Part shown: piece by piece, positions 23,838-37,573 of the stretch
Position numbering within the stretch: the stretch's first letter is position 1
Layout: each line of letters begins with the position of its first letter
Assembly (NCBI GenBank): GCA_963693365.1
Contig: CAVNZM010000004.1
Span: 4,147,447-4,211,446 of the forward strand
Length of the DNA: 64,000 nucleotides
Origin: Amoebidium appalachense
Taxonomy: Eukaryota > Protista > Ichthyosporea
Direction: 5' to 3'
Made by a program: the position numbers and the translations under genes
Notes under the pieces: generated by a model
The model's database searches: none
Told to the model about the DNA's origin: nothing
The model's input: the letters and a program-made list of their open reading frames with translations, nothing else

Positions 23838-25469
23838 CGTTTATGTGCGTGCGTGTGTGCACACGCGTGTGCGTGTGTGTGCTTGTGTGCGTGTGTGTGG
23901 CGTGTCACTCTTTCACTCTTTCACTCACTCACTCACTCACTCACTCACTCTCTCTCACTCTCAATCCTCTCTCTCTCTCTCTCTCTCTCCCCCCCCCCCC
24001 CCCCCCCCCCCCCTCTCCCTCTCTCCCCCCCCCCCCCCTCTCTCCTCCCCCCCTCTGTCTCTCAAGAGAGAGAGAGAGAGAGCCCTTTCGCGTGAGTGCG
24101 TCCGATGTGGGTGCACGTCGCGACAACTGCTTCCAGGGGACTCGAGGATTAGTCGGGGGGAGCTAGGGGGAAGGGGGGGAGGGGCCGGGGGGGGGGGGGG
24201 GGGGGAGGGGGGGAGGGGGAGGGGGGGGCCCGGGGGGAGGAGGGGGGAGCCAGTGTCGATCGCGACAGTTTGAGTGAGTGCCGGGCCCTGCCCGCCTCTT
24301 CCCCGCGTGCCTACCCCCCCTTCGAACCCCCTCCCCCCCTTCGAACCCCCCCCCCCCTCTGGCTCCCCGGGGACCCCCTGCTCCCCTCCCCCGCCTCCTC
24401 GAGGCTCCCCTGCGGCCGAGCGGCCGTCAGGTCGTGTGTTCCGTGACACCCATGCTGCACGTGTGCGCCGTCCGTGACCTTCAAGTTGCACATTGCATCA
24501 AGCAGTCATGGCCCGGTCGGCAGCTGAGGCCGGGCGATCATCGATGTGCGGCTGTAGTTTCTGATTGGCTGTCAAGCGAGTCATTGAAAGGGGCAGCAGA
24601 AATCGTGTTGATTTGGGAAGGTGGCTGTCAGGGACTGAGTTTTGTAGGCATTAGCAAGTAAGATAAAAATTTCAGCACGGTTTTTTGTGTGTTATATATA
24701 TTTCATACAGCTAGCTTAGTGCTAATCAGTTTTTACTTTCGATTTTGTGCTTCAACTGCACAACCGTACAAGCTTGCCGTTTTCCAAAATGAAGGGAAAT
24801 ATGGAATGTCTACTAACTTCAAAGCATGCATGCTATTGGGTCTACTCCGAGCCTATATATCAAATTGCGTGCCAATCGTTTTTGCTTACACCTTACCATA
24901 TTTGACGACCAGTGATCAACTTGGTTCATGCTTGTAAATTCTCTTTTATATCTTCTTTTCCCCAATTTTCTTTGCAGATGGAAGACTCTCCATCAAGACT
25001 CAAGAGTACAAAAGTTCATAAGACCCCCGAATAAAGACTACGCAATCAAACTGCATTAAAATAAGAATCAACCATATTACCTACACTAGCCGAAGTGCTG
25101 ATGAGTCCTAAGGTACCGCTATTATCACCCCAACTTGGCCAACTGACAGCTTTTTTTGATAGCCTTGAGATATATATAAGAAATGTGTTTATCATTTTCG
25201 GGCATCTTTACATGCTGCCGGGCACGTCTGTTTATCCGTGCGTCCCCCGCTCCCCAGCACTTGTTTCGTTGCATTTGCTGTGCAACGGTGGCGCGCAGCG
25301 TCATTTCGCCCCACCCTCCCCCGGCCTGTTCTTCCGCCGGTAAAAAGATAACACGTTGCCGAAGTGCACGTGCGAGCACACTGCTCTACTCACCACCACC
25401 TTCATAAAAGCACCCGTGGCCGTTTGTGCGCAGTCTGCTTGACTGCCACACAAACATCAGTTCACTGAC

Positions 25470-26621
25470 ATGTCAACGACGCCCACAATTACTGGGTTGC
25501 CTCCTCAGTTAGTTACTACACCTAGGTTAGGGGCTGGTTTAAGGAATAGAGAGGGCGCAGGCGAAAATTCAAAAGATTCTGGTTCATCGGGTTATAGTGA
25601 TAACAACGGCAAGATGATGCGAGATGATAACGTGTACATTGGGAGTAGCACTTCACACGATGACTGGGAATGGAAAGGTAATAAATGATCCTGGTTGAAT
25701 GGGATGGGTAGAAGTGGGATCTGAAAGGGCCCAGCTGTTATTACAAATAGGCTTATAGGTGGTGGCATGTGCTTGTGTGCTTGGCTTGAACAGGACACTT
25801 TAGGGTTGTGATCATCGCCTGGGTTTTGGCTGTGCTAGCCATAGGCCATCACCGAGGTCTGCATCCATGCTTGTGACAGTAAGAGGAGACGACGATGTCC
25901 ACTTGCTCTGCTGTTTGCTGTGCCTAGAAACATATGGGTGGAATGGCGTTTCGCCTGTACAATAACACATATGAAACTGTGCTGGAATAGCGCTTTGTGT
26001 CTGTTCCGCAAACGGGTTGAAACTCCAAGCGTACGCTGCATACCTTGGGGTTGGGATGTGTGTGCTTGTGGGAGATTTCTTTTTTTACAACAGTGTTTAA
26101 GCTTGTTTAACAGTAGTGAGCAAAATCGTGGTTTTGCTCTGTGCCCACAGCCAGGCCTCACATTGCACCGTGGCGATTTATCACGGCAGAATCGATTGGC
26201 AAGAAACCATTGAAAACCGACGAGACTATTCTCTGCACGTCTGGAATCCCTCCAGTTGTCCGATGGCATTTGTACATCGCGTTAGATACACTTTGACAAA
26301 TATTCAGTCTTACTCGCAAGATCTCGAGAGTTGGTAACATGTGATCATTACCCTCAGAGCTGCGACCACAGATCGATGAAGAGCTTTTTTTCAAGGAGCA
26401 CAAGCGAGCCGAGCGCACAACAGAACGAGGGTTGTGGTGGAGCTTGAAGGAGACCTTCAGACTGCCGAAGGATCCAGAAGAATGGGAGACGTTCAAGCAA
26501 AAACGATTCCCCATTGCTCACTGGCTACCTCGCTATAAGGTGTGTGTGTGTGGGTGTGTGTGTGTGTGTGTGTCATGGTGCTACCTTATCTTTTGTCGTG
26601 CTGCTGTGACGGTGAGGGTAA

Positions 26622-26661
<40 letters not shown>

Positions 26662-28155
26662 ATGTATGTGTGTGTGTGTCATGGTGTGTACAGGTGCTAC
26701 CTTATCTTTAGAATCTGTCGTGCTTCTGTGACCGTGAGGGTAGAGGAGGTAATTGGTATTATCTGGAGCTTCTTTTCTCTGAACATTATTTGCATAGGCC
26801 TGGTTTGGTTCCAGTGCTTGTTATATTTCCACACAACAAAGTGATGGAAGTGTGACTCAATGGGTTCGCTCTACATGCCCATACCCGATGTACATGTTAA
26901 CTATGCAAATTTATCGTAAGCATGTGCGATATCCCCAAATTCCCTGTGAATTTTCGGTTTGGACAACTGTCGCTACCCAGTGTTCTTCAGTTCTTGCCAG
27001 TATAAAACATAAATAATCGGTTTCCATTACCACCACATTGCCGTCCGCCTTTTCGTATTTCTTTACAGAAAGAGTACCTCATACGGGATATCGTGGTGTA
27101 AAAAATCGAAAAAAAGGCTTCAGTCATCTGACTTTTCGTTTTTCTTCTACAGAAAGAATACCTTATTCCGGATATTGTCGGTGGTTTGACCATGGCCGTC
27201 GTCATTATTCCTCAGGTAACCTATTTCTCTTCTTCCTTTTCTATTTTCGTTGTACTTGGGCATACAGTGTGGAAATAGTTGGCACATTGTTCTCTTCTCA
27301 TTCTTCCTGTACTTTCCCTCCCCTGGTTTCTCTAGTTCAGAATCCCGTGGACACTTGCAACACATGCACACCAGCCTAGACAGGGGTGGAGATGCGCGTG
27401 CACTCAAATGGCACGCGCACACGCACATACACACACCCAATTCTTACTTGACCCTCTGCGCTTTTGCTTTTCATACGTGAATGGGAACCTCGCATATGCA
27501 GACATGCATCGTCACTGTGGCACGTGACAGGCACGCACGTGCATGTTTTGACATGCACAGGCACACAGGCAGGCACGCTTACACACACTCACACACACAC
27601 ACGTCTGCCTGCACCTTTGCTCACCCTCTTCCACAGGGCATTGCCTATGCCGCACTTGCCGGCGTACCCACCCAGTACGGCCTCTACTCGTGTGTTTTCC
27701 CGCCTCTGGTCTACTTTTTCTTTGGCACGTGTGCGCAAATGTCTACGGGTAGGTCCCCTCCCCTCTGAAACAAATGCAGCTGATATGCTGAGATGGCAGA
27801 GAGAGAGAGAGAGAGTGTGTGTGTGTGTGTGCGTGTGGGCAGAGAGAGAGAGAGAGAGTGTGTGTGTGTGTGTGTATTCTTTGCTTTTTGGTTTGTGGTG
27901 GTGGGGGGGGAGGGGGTTAGAGGGTATAATTGTGTGTGGAGGGGAGGGGGGGGGAGGGGGGTACGTGTGCATGTATATTTGTTTGTGTAGGCGTGTGTGT
28001 GTTTGTGTATGTGTGTGAGGTAGGGAACAAGGTGGGGGATGGGGGGGGAGAGAGAGCAGAGAAGAAGGGAAAACACGAGATGAGTGGGGGGATTTAATAC
28101 ACAAACGTCCTTCACGATATGATAGATATTGTATGTGTGTCTGATCTTATGTTAA

Positions 28156-28199
<44 letters not shown>

Positions 28200-28341
28200 C
28201 AGGCGTGTCCCAGTTTGTGTGTTGAGTGTGCATGCTTGTGTCGATTTATATATGCATTTTGCCGTATCAGTCGCCTAACAAATTGTGTTTTTTTGTGCGG
28301 GTGTTGGCCCCGAAAAGCCTCTGCTGGAACATACACCACAA

Positions 28342-28386
<45 letters not shown>

Positions 28387-28642
28387 GCAAATTTTTTTGG
28401 GCTTGTGTGTTTTGTGAAACCCTAGGCAGCCACCCACCCACACGTGCACCATGCACCGTTTTTTTTTTCTTTTCTTTTTAAGCTATTTTCCTTGGGCGTA
28501 TGTATGTTATGAAACCCGAGGCAGCCACCCACCCACACGTGCACCATGCACCGTTTTATATATATATTTTTAGCATTTTCCTTGGGCGTATGTATGTTAT
28601 GAAACCCGAGGCAGCCACCCACCCACACGTGCACCGTGCACC

Positions 28643-28694
<52 letters not shown>

Positions 28695-28758
28695 TTTTTA
28701 AGCATTTTCCTTGGGCTTATGTTATGAAACCCGAGGCAGCCACCCACCCACACGTGCA

Positions 28759-28801
<43 letters not shown>

Positions 28802-28896
28802 CCTTTTCTTTTTTTTTTTTTTTTTTAGCATTTTCCTTGGGCGTATGAATGAATGAAACCCGAGGCAGCCACCCACCCACACGTGCACCATGCATC

Positions 28897-28938
<42 letters not shown>

Positions 28939-29111
28939 AGCATTTTTTTGGGCTTGCGTGTTTTGTGAAACCCTAGGTAACCACCCACCCACACGTGCAC
29001 CATGCACCGTGCAAATTCTTGGCCTTACAGTGTGTTTGCAGGCGTGTTTTCCCTGGTGTCGCTGATGACCGGTGTTGAGGGAAACAAAATCGTTGGAGCT
29101 GGCCAAAGTAT

Positions 29112-29144
<33 letters not shown>

Positions 29145-29363
29145 CCCCTCCCCCCTTTAACTAAAATAAAATAGAAATAAATAAAATGTGTAATAGGTAA
29201 ACTCCCCCCCCCCCCCCCCCCCCACCGCCCTCCCCCCTTTAACTAAAATAAAATAGAAATAAATAAAATGTGTAATAGGTAAACTCCCCCCCCCCCCCCC
29301 CCACCGCCCTCCCCCCTTTAACTAAAATAAAATAGAAATAAATAAAATGTGTAATAGGTAAAC

Positions 29364-29400
<37 letters not shown>

Positions 29401-29569
29401 ACACACACACAAAATGGTGACCAGCTACTGATCACTATGGGTAAAATAAGATATGAAGGGAAAACGGGGGAAATAAATAACCACAACCATCACAAGCAAC
29501 ACGTACATGTACACACTCAGAGAGAGGCACGAAAATGCCACAAAAGGGATAAAGTAAGGCCCGTGGTGC

Positions 29570-29600
<31 letters not shown>

Positions 29601-30808
29601 GGACGCACACGCACGCACACGCACACCGTACCTACCCCACAACTTCGGATCCTCAAAAATGTAGAAAACAAAATTAGCAAGAAAGCCAGCATCAAAACTG
29701 GCTATTTTGTGCCCTAGAAAATGCAAACACACGGAAGAACAAAAATTCAAATGGCGGAAACTAAGAAAAACGAGGAGCCTATCCATTAAATCTCAGGGTC
29801 CCTGGGTTTTTCTGATCCCCCCCCCCCCCCCCCCCCCCCCCACCCACCCACCCACCCACCCTCCTCCGCGCCCGTTTTTTCTTTTTCCCTTCCTTTTTTC
29901 CCTATTTTTTTGTTGCTATAACTAATCTGAAATGAAATCAGGCCAGCAAGTGTACATCGACACGGTGGTTCTTCTGACGTTCTACATCGGTTTGATTCTT
30001 ACCATAATGGGCATATTCAAGTTCGGTTTCGTCACCATGTTTTTGTCCGACCCTACCATCTCCGGTTTTACGACTGGGGCTGCGGTTTTGGTACGTTGAA
30101 TGCATGTTTTGGCTGCTTGCTCGCCCATACCCTTTTTCTGTGTGCAAGTGTGTGAGGTGTTTTTTCTTTTCTCTTCCATGTGTGCATGCGCCCTCGCATG
30201 ATTATTAGGATAATGGGATCCCAAAGGGATGGGAGTTTCTGTCTGTTTGTTGTGGCTCTCGAAGAGCCAAATGCTTTTTTCCCTTCTCCTTCTCTTTCTT
30301 TTGTTTGTCCTTTTCTTTCTGTTTGCCTTTTACTGTTGTTTTGTTTTTTGCTTTTGGGGTTTTTTTGGTTTTTTTTTATTGGGTGGGGGGATGGGGGAGG
30401 GGGGGGGAAGGGGGGAGGGGGGCAAAGACGTATCTAACACTTAAAATACTCAATACGATCTGTGTCGGCATTGTGTGGCGCAACGTTATCCTGGTGTCAG
30501 TTCCACGTCATCTTTACCTCAGTAAATTAGATTATTGGCTTTTTCTATATATGGCACATATTATTGTTTTGTTTTTTTTACTTCCGAGTTTGCGTGAATA
30601 CCATATAAGGAAACCCTGGGACTCTGGAGAAATGCCGACATGACTTTATAGCTTACCTAATGGTGTGCAGATTCTTGTGAGCCAGCTGCGTCCGCTATTT
30701 GGTGTGCCCATACCCAACTACCAGGACCCATTTGCTGCCCCCCAGTCCATCGTGTTTCTGTTCAAACACATCGCAGAGACAAATGTCGCGTAGGAGCCAG
30801 CCCCCCCC

Positions 30809-30839
<31 letters not shown>

Positions 30840-32218
30840 ACACACGCGCACACCCCACCACCACCACCACTGGCACCTACTCATTACCCCCCCCTCCCCC
30901 CTCCCCTCGCCCCCCCCTTCCTCTATCATGGGCGCGGGTTAAGCTTTTTTTTGAGTACTTATGTCCACGTTTAATACCCTGTATTGCATATATCCCCCCC
31001 CCCCCCCCCCCCCCCCCAACAACAACCCAAAAAAAAAAAATACACACACACCCATCTCCCCCTACACTGCGGGACATAAGCTAAGCGCTTTAGACTCGCC
31101 GTCTGCCTCCCTTCTGCTGTTCAGGAAATTCCCTGATAGTCAACCTCCCCCCCCCCCCCAAAAAAAAAAAAAAAAAAAAAAAAGGAAGAAGAAGAAGAAG
31201 AAGAATGAATGAATGAATGAAAAGAAAGAATGAATGAAAGGAAGGAAGGAAGAAAAGAAGAGAACCAAGGAAAGAAAATGGAAATCCAAAAGAAAGAAAT
31301 GGAAACGATGACGAAAAGAAAGGATATAGAAAGACTAGAAAGAGCGGAAGAGCGAAAAAAGCCAATATAAAAGAAAAGGACAAGGAAACAAAATAGGGGA
31401 AAGAAAAAGAAAGAAAGTAAAAAAGATAGGTAGGGAAACAAAGAAAAGAAAGGCAAAAAAAAAATAACGTAAACAATATAGCGAAAAAGAAAAGCAAGAG
31501 AGGAAATCAAGAAAGAGAGAGAGGGGGAGGGGGCTGGCATCCTTCTTCCTCCCTTTTCCCGTGCCATCCCCCCCCCCCCCCCCCCCTCCCCCCCCCCTCC
31601 CTCCCTCCCTTTCCCTTTCCCCTGGTTCCTCCCCCCTCCCCCGCCCCGCCCACCCCCCTCCCCACCGAAAAAAAAAAGACAAAACAAAACAAAAACACTT
31701 ACGGTTATGTATCGGCAGTGACATGATCCTCGGGTTTTGCGCTATTATTGCGCTTTTGATTCTGCGGGAGGTGAATCTTAAGCTGAAACGTTACACAAAG
31801 ATCCCTATCCCCTCTGAGTTTCTGGTTGTGCTGGTGAGCACACTCATCGTCTGGCTGGCAGACTTGAAATGTGAGTCATCCCTCCCCCCCCCCCCCCCCC
31901 CCCCCCCTTCTTCCCCCCTCCCCCCTGCCCTCCGGCCCCGACACACATACACATGTGTGCATGCACACCCGGGGCACACCTACCTACACCCCCTCCCCCC
32001 CCCCCCCCTCTTCCCTCCCCCCCTCTCCCCCACCCCCCGTTTTCCCTGGTTATGTTGCATGCGTTTTGCGCGTGTCCATGTTTTGCATATTCGCAATATG
32101 TTACCTGTTGTGCGGCTGTACTTTGTAGTGTGACGTTATCCCGTGAAACACGCACACATGCACTTGCTTGTGCACATACGCCACATTCAACGCCCTTGGA
32201 TTACTCGCACCACACACG

Positions 32219-32255
<37 letters not shown>

Positions 32256-32259
32256 CGTG

Positions 32260-32295
<36 letters not shown>

Positions 32296-32705
32296 ACACA
32301 CACACGTACACACACACAACCTCCTTGCCCTCTAGTTACGCACGGACCATTGCACGCGCGCACAGCCGCCAAGTCGGACCCGCACACACGTTCCCACCAG
32401 GCTGACACACGCATACCCACTTTCTCTACCTTACTTTCTTGCAGCGCTCGTTCTCGTGTTATTTTGCACGTGTGCCGTTTGAATTACCATCATCCGTTAT
32501 TTTTTGTTGTTTTAGAAAACTAACACCCACCCTCTACAGCCAAATACGGTGTTGCAACCGTGGGGAATATCCCCAAAGGCCTCCCTGCCCCCTCTCTGCC
32601 CAACATCAGTGTACAGCCCATTGGTACAGTATGTCTCCCCCCCCCCCCCCCAACCACCACCACCACACGCACATACTCCCCCTCTACAACACACGCACAT
32701 ACACA

Positions 32706-32755
<50 letters not shown>

Positions 32756-34189
32756 CACACACGCCCCCCGCGCAAGGACGGGAAACCACGCACGAACCTG
32801 TGTAGGATCTTGTAGGCTTTAAGAAGCTGCCATTTGTTATTCCTAGATATGCCCTGTACGCCATAGATGTCAGCAATCTTACTTGCTGATAATTGGCCAA
32901 TTAGATACGGTCTTGCACTTCTATGTGTGACCTTTAACCAATGGTTTATCGTTGTTTCAGATGCTGTCGTCTGCGTTTCAGATCGGCATTGTTGGGTTTC
33001 TCAACTCCGTGTCTCTTGCAAAGGTACTCTCTGAGAAGCACGGCTACAAATCCAGGTATCTACCCCCCCCCCCCCCCCCCCCCCAACCCCCGCCCCCCTC
33101 CCCCCCTCCCCCACCCCCCTCCCAGCGTGTTCCCCAAAAGGCAGGCTCTGCCTCATGATGCATATGTACTTTTTGTATATGCTTTGCAAAATCTGCACAA
33201 TGTTGTCCGTCGTGAATGTGTGCTTCGTACTCGGTAATCCCCCCCCCCCCCTCCCCCCCCCCCCCCCCCCCCCCCCCGCCCGCCCCGCCCCGCCCCTTCT
33301 CCCCCCTCCTCGTGTTCAATCCCTACACACACAAACACAACTCACCCACGCATCTGCCTGTCCAGCAAGCCTCTAAATCACTAGGATGCGTGCACATGCA
33401 CACAAGAACACACACAAATACACACATGCACGCGGGGACGCATGCACAAACGCACACCCGTGGCAGGCAAACCCAACATGCCACACCCCACATACACAAC
33501 TGCTCATGTATCCCAGTGTCATGCTTTTTATTCTTTTTCGCATCAGTGATTCTCTGTTCTTCTTCTTCTTTTTTTTTTAAACAGTGTGATGACACTTGTT
33601 TTCACCCCGCTTCCCCTCTGACCCACGTTTTGCTCACTGCAGTTCCAACCAAGAGCTTCTTGTGCTTGGATATCAAAATCTTATAGGCGGGTTTTTCAGG
33701 TACACCCCCCCCCCCCTCCCCCCCTCCTCTCCCAGCGCGCACACACACCTAGCACGCTGCTCGAGTTCGTGCTTAGGCCTACCTACGACTCGAATTAGCA
33801 AGTGAAGGTTATAGGCGCATCTATGATTATCATTGCATTTATCTTTTCGGACGTTTGCTTGTATTTAACACGCATGTGAAACCCTTCTCCCCTTCCCAAT
33901 GAATAATAAATGTAAAATAAAATCCATTCCCCTTGTCCCACCCCTCCCTTCTACCCCTAATGGCATGCAAAAAACACCATCTGTTACATACACACTTGCC
34001 AATGTGAGAGGTACGGTGGATGGGGAATCTAGCCAAGCCTTTGGCGGGCCAATGCGGGATAGAACAGACATTTTTTCCGGATAGGGATAATCTTTCTGCA
34101 CTTTTTGCAAGTGGACAATTTGAAATTACGGAGAGCACATGAAGGGATGGTCACGAACCCCAGCTTTTCTTTCACAAACCACCTGCACA

Positions 34190-34254
<65 letters not shown>

Positions 34255-34715
34255 CCCCCCCCCTCCCTCTCCCCACTCCCCCTCTCCCTTCACCCGCACC
34301 CCCCGCCCCCCCCCACCCCACTTTCTCTCTCATGTTTTCTCTTTTTTTCTTTCTTTAACAACACGATCCCCTTATTTCTCCCCTTTTTCCAGCTGCCAGC
34401 CAGCCTCTGGTGCCCTTGCCCGGTCTACCCTTGCATCAGCTATGGGTGTACAGACGCAAATCTCAAGTCTTATCACCACCGGTGTCGTCGTGGTATGTTC
34501 ATCGTTCTCCCCCCACGCGCGAGAGGTTAAAGAGTCGAAACCCATGCTTTTGTGGAGGCATAGGAACCCCCCTGATGATGGGCTCTGTTCAAGTGTCTTC
34601 TGCCTGCACGCTTTATTGTTTTGATTTTATATTTCCCACGTTTGTGACGTTTTGTTGTTGCTCTTTGTTGTCTCCTCCATATCTCCAACCCTCTAACGCA
34701 TACATCCCCCCCCCC

Positions 34716-34746
<31 letters not shown>

Positions 34747-35119
34747 ACCTCTCCCCCCTCCCCCTGTACTTACAACTCTGTAACTGGCGGTGTGCGTTTG
34801 TGTCTGTATTTGTGCGTGTTTGTGCTCGTGTCTATGTGTCTGTGTTGGTGTCTGTGTCTGTATATGTGTATGTGTGTGTGCGTGTATCAGACTCTACTGG
34901 TTTTTTTTTGAGTAGTCTCCATTCATAGTGAAGCTCTGGAGTTCAATATCTCAGGCTGACCCCTTCCTCCCCTCTCCCCCCCGCTTTACTATATGCACAC
35001 CCACACTTGCACCCATGTCAAAGCATACACACACGTGTCCTGCTACTGTTCTTGGCCACCACCCTGTTTTTTCTCCCCAAACCCCATTGTTACATGCATA
35101 TGCACGCATAGACAACAGT

Positions 35120-35177
<58 letters not shown>

Positions 35178-36579
35178 CGTGCTTCTGTTCCTGACCACCA
35201 GCTTCCGGTTTATTCCCAAGTCCGTGCTTGCCGCTATGATCATGGTGGCTCTGAGGGGTCTCTTCATGCAGGTTCACGACGCACGTAAACTCAGGCACCA
35301 ATCAACGTAAGTTGTTAAAACCACTGAAAAGTAAGGTTAGAAATTAATGGTGCCTTCGTGTTGCATCGTATTGCATCGTTGGGCTGTGAGCAAATATGGT
35401 GAACGGAATAAGAACGAATGCCAGGGAGCGGTGAGTACGCAAACGGGCAAGAAATAGCGTATGTATGATACTTTGCTTATGTCTGTCACTTCTCTTCTCG
35501 TTAGGTTTTGGGTGGGAGTGTATACGAAAACGGGCAAGAAATAGGAAAGGCATTCTGTTCATTTCTGGCACTACTCTTTCCCGTTAGGTTTTGGATGGGG
35601 GTTTGTTGAATATGCATAATGTTAAGGCATTCTGTTCATTTCTGGCACTACTCTTTCCCGTTAGGTTTTGGATGGGGGTTTGTTGAATATGCATAATGTT
35701 AAGGCGCATTGGGGATCAGAACGAAAAGAGTTTGGAATGGGGTTTTTGTGTTGTATGGTGTTTGTTTTCCGATGCACAGGACCTGATTGGTTAACGTTTC
35801 TTGCCCACTGTCACCCAGGTCTGACTTCTTTGTGTGGGTGTGGACCTTCGTCTGCACGGTGTTGTTGGGTGTTACCTACGGCCTGATCTCCGGGTATCAA
35901 CCCCCCCCCCCCACCCCGGCCCCTCCCCAACCCACCTCACACACACACACCACCACCACCACCATCACCAGACGCCACCCCCCCCCCCCCCCCCCCCCCC
36001 CCTCCTCCCCCCCTCCCTTCCCCCCGTCCACCTCACCCCTGCCACACGCACACACGCACACACACAGACAAACATCACCCTTGATCTCATCTGAAATTAC
36101 AGTAGCTGTAAGGAGAGTAATGGTTGTGGTGTATGAGCATGTAGGTGTTGTTTTTTTGCCTTTCCATATATATTTCACTCTCCTTTTTTTTCTGGGATGG
36201 TAACGGAGGCACCTACTGAATGGTCGATAAAACATGCTATTGGCTGGATATCACACACCCATTTTGCTGACCATATGCCGTTATAGGGTTGCCATGGCGA
36301 TGATGGTGTTTGTCTACAAGACCTCAAGGCCAAACACATCCTCCCTCGGCTGGGTCCAGGTGCATGCATTTTTTTAACTGTTAGCCATATATGGAGCGTG
36401 CACCTGTCATCTGATTGGTCATGTATGCAGTGTGCACCTATCATTGGCCATGTTTTACATATGCCTGGTTTGTGCCCTTGTCATCTGATTGGCGCCATGT
36501 ATAGCGTGTGTCTTTTACCTATGCCACATATAGCATGTGCACATACCATTAGCCAACTATCGAATGTGCACTTGTCATT

Positions 36580-36634
<55 letters not shown>

Positions 36635-36902
36635 ATCCCCAATCTCCGTAGCCCCCTCTTTGTTTCCCCTTGATGCTCATCATCTGATTGGCCCACAGGG
36701 TACGGATGTCTACCGTGATCTGCGAAGAATCGCAGATCTGGAAAAGATCGAACGCTGCGTAATCTTCAGGTACCCACCTTACCCCCACCCCACCACCCTC
36801 ACTTTTCTCTTTCTTCAGTTAGTGCCCAACCCCCCTCCCCCCTAGTCAAAAAAAAAAAAGGCTAACACATTCTTCAATACCCCCCCCTCTTTTTTCAGTT
36901 GT

Positions 36903-36954
<52 letters not shown>

Positions 36955-37007
36955 ACACACATAAGAAAAAAGGATAGCTAACGGTTTTTTTTCACACAGT
37001 ATTTTTA

Positions 37008-37038
<31 letters not shown>

Positions 37039-37508
37039 CTTTTCTGCCAAAAGGATAGCTAACGGTTTTTTTTCACACAGTATTTTTATGCCTCCCCCCT
37101 CCCCCCCCCCCTTTTCTTATTTCTCTTTTTCTTCTCTCTCTCCCCTCCCCTTCCTCCCCCCCCCCCCCCCCCCCCCCCCCCAACCTCCTCTCCCCCCGTG
37201 TTTTAACCCTGGGTTTACGGTTTTTTTTCACAGTATTTTTATGCCCCCCCCCCCCCCCCCCCCCCCCCTTTTCTTATTTCTCTTTTTCTTCTCTCTCTCC
37301 CCTCCCCTTCCTCCCCCCCCCCCCCCCCCCCCCCCAACCTCCTCTCCCCCCGTGTTTTAACCCTGGGTTTATGTGGGGTTGCAGGTTCAACTCCTCGATG
37401 TTCTATGCCAATGCTCGATACTTCCAGAAGCAGCTGGGTGCAGCCATCCAGGAGAGGGCAAGGGACGAGGGGTGCCCCCCAACAACAGTCATCCTGGACA
37501 TGAGGTGT

Positions 37509-37573
<65 letters not shown>

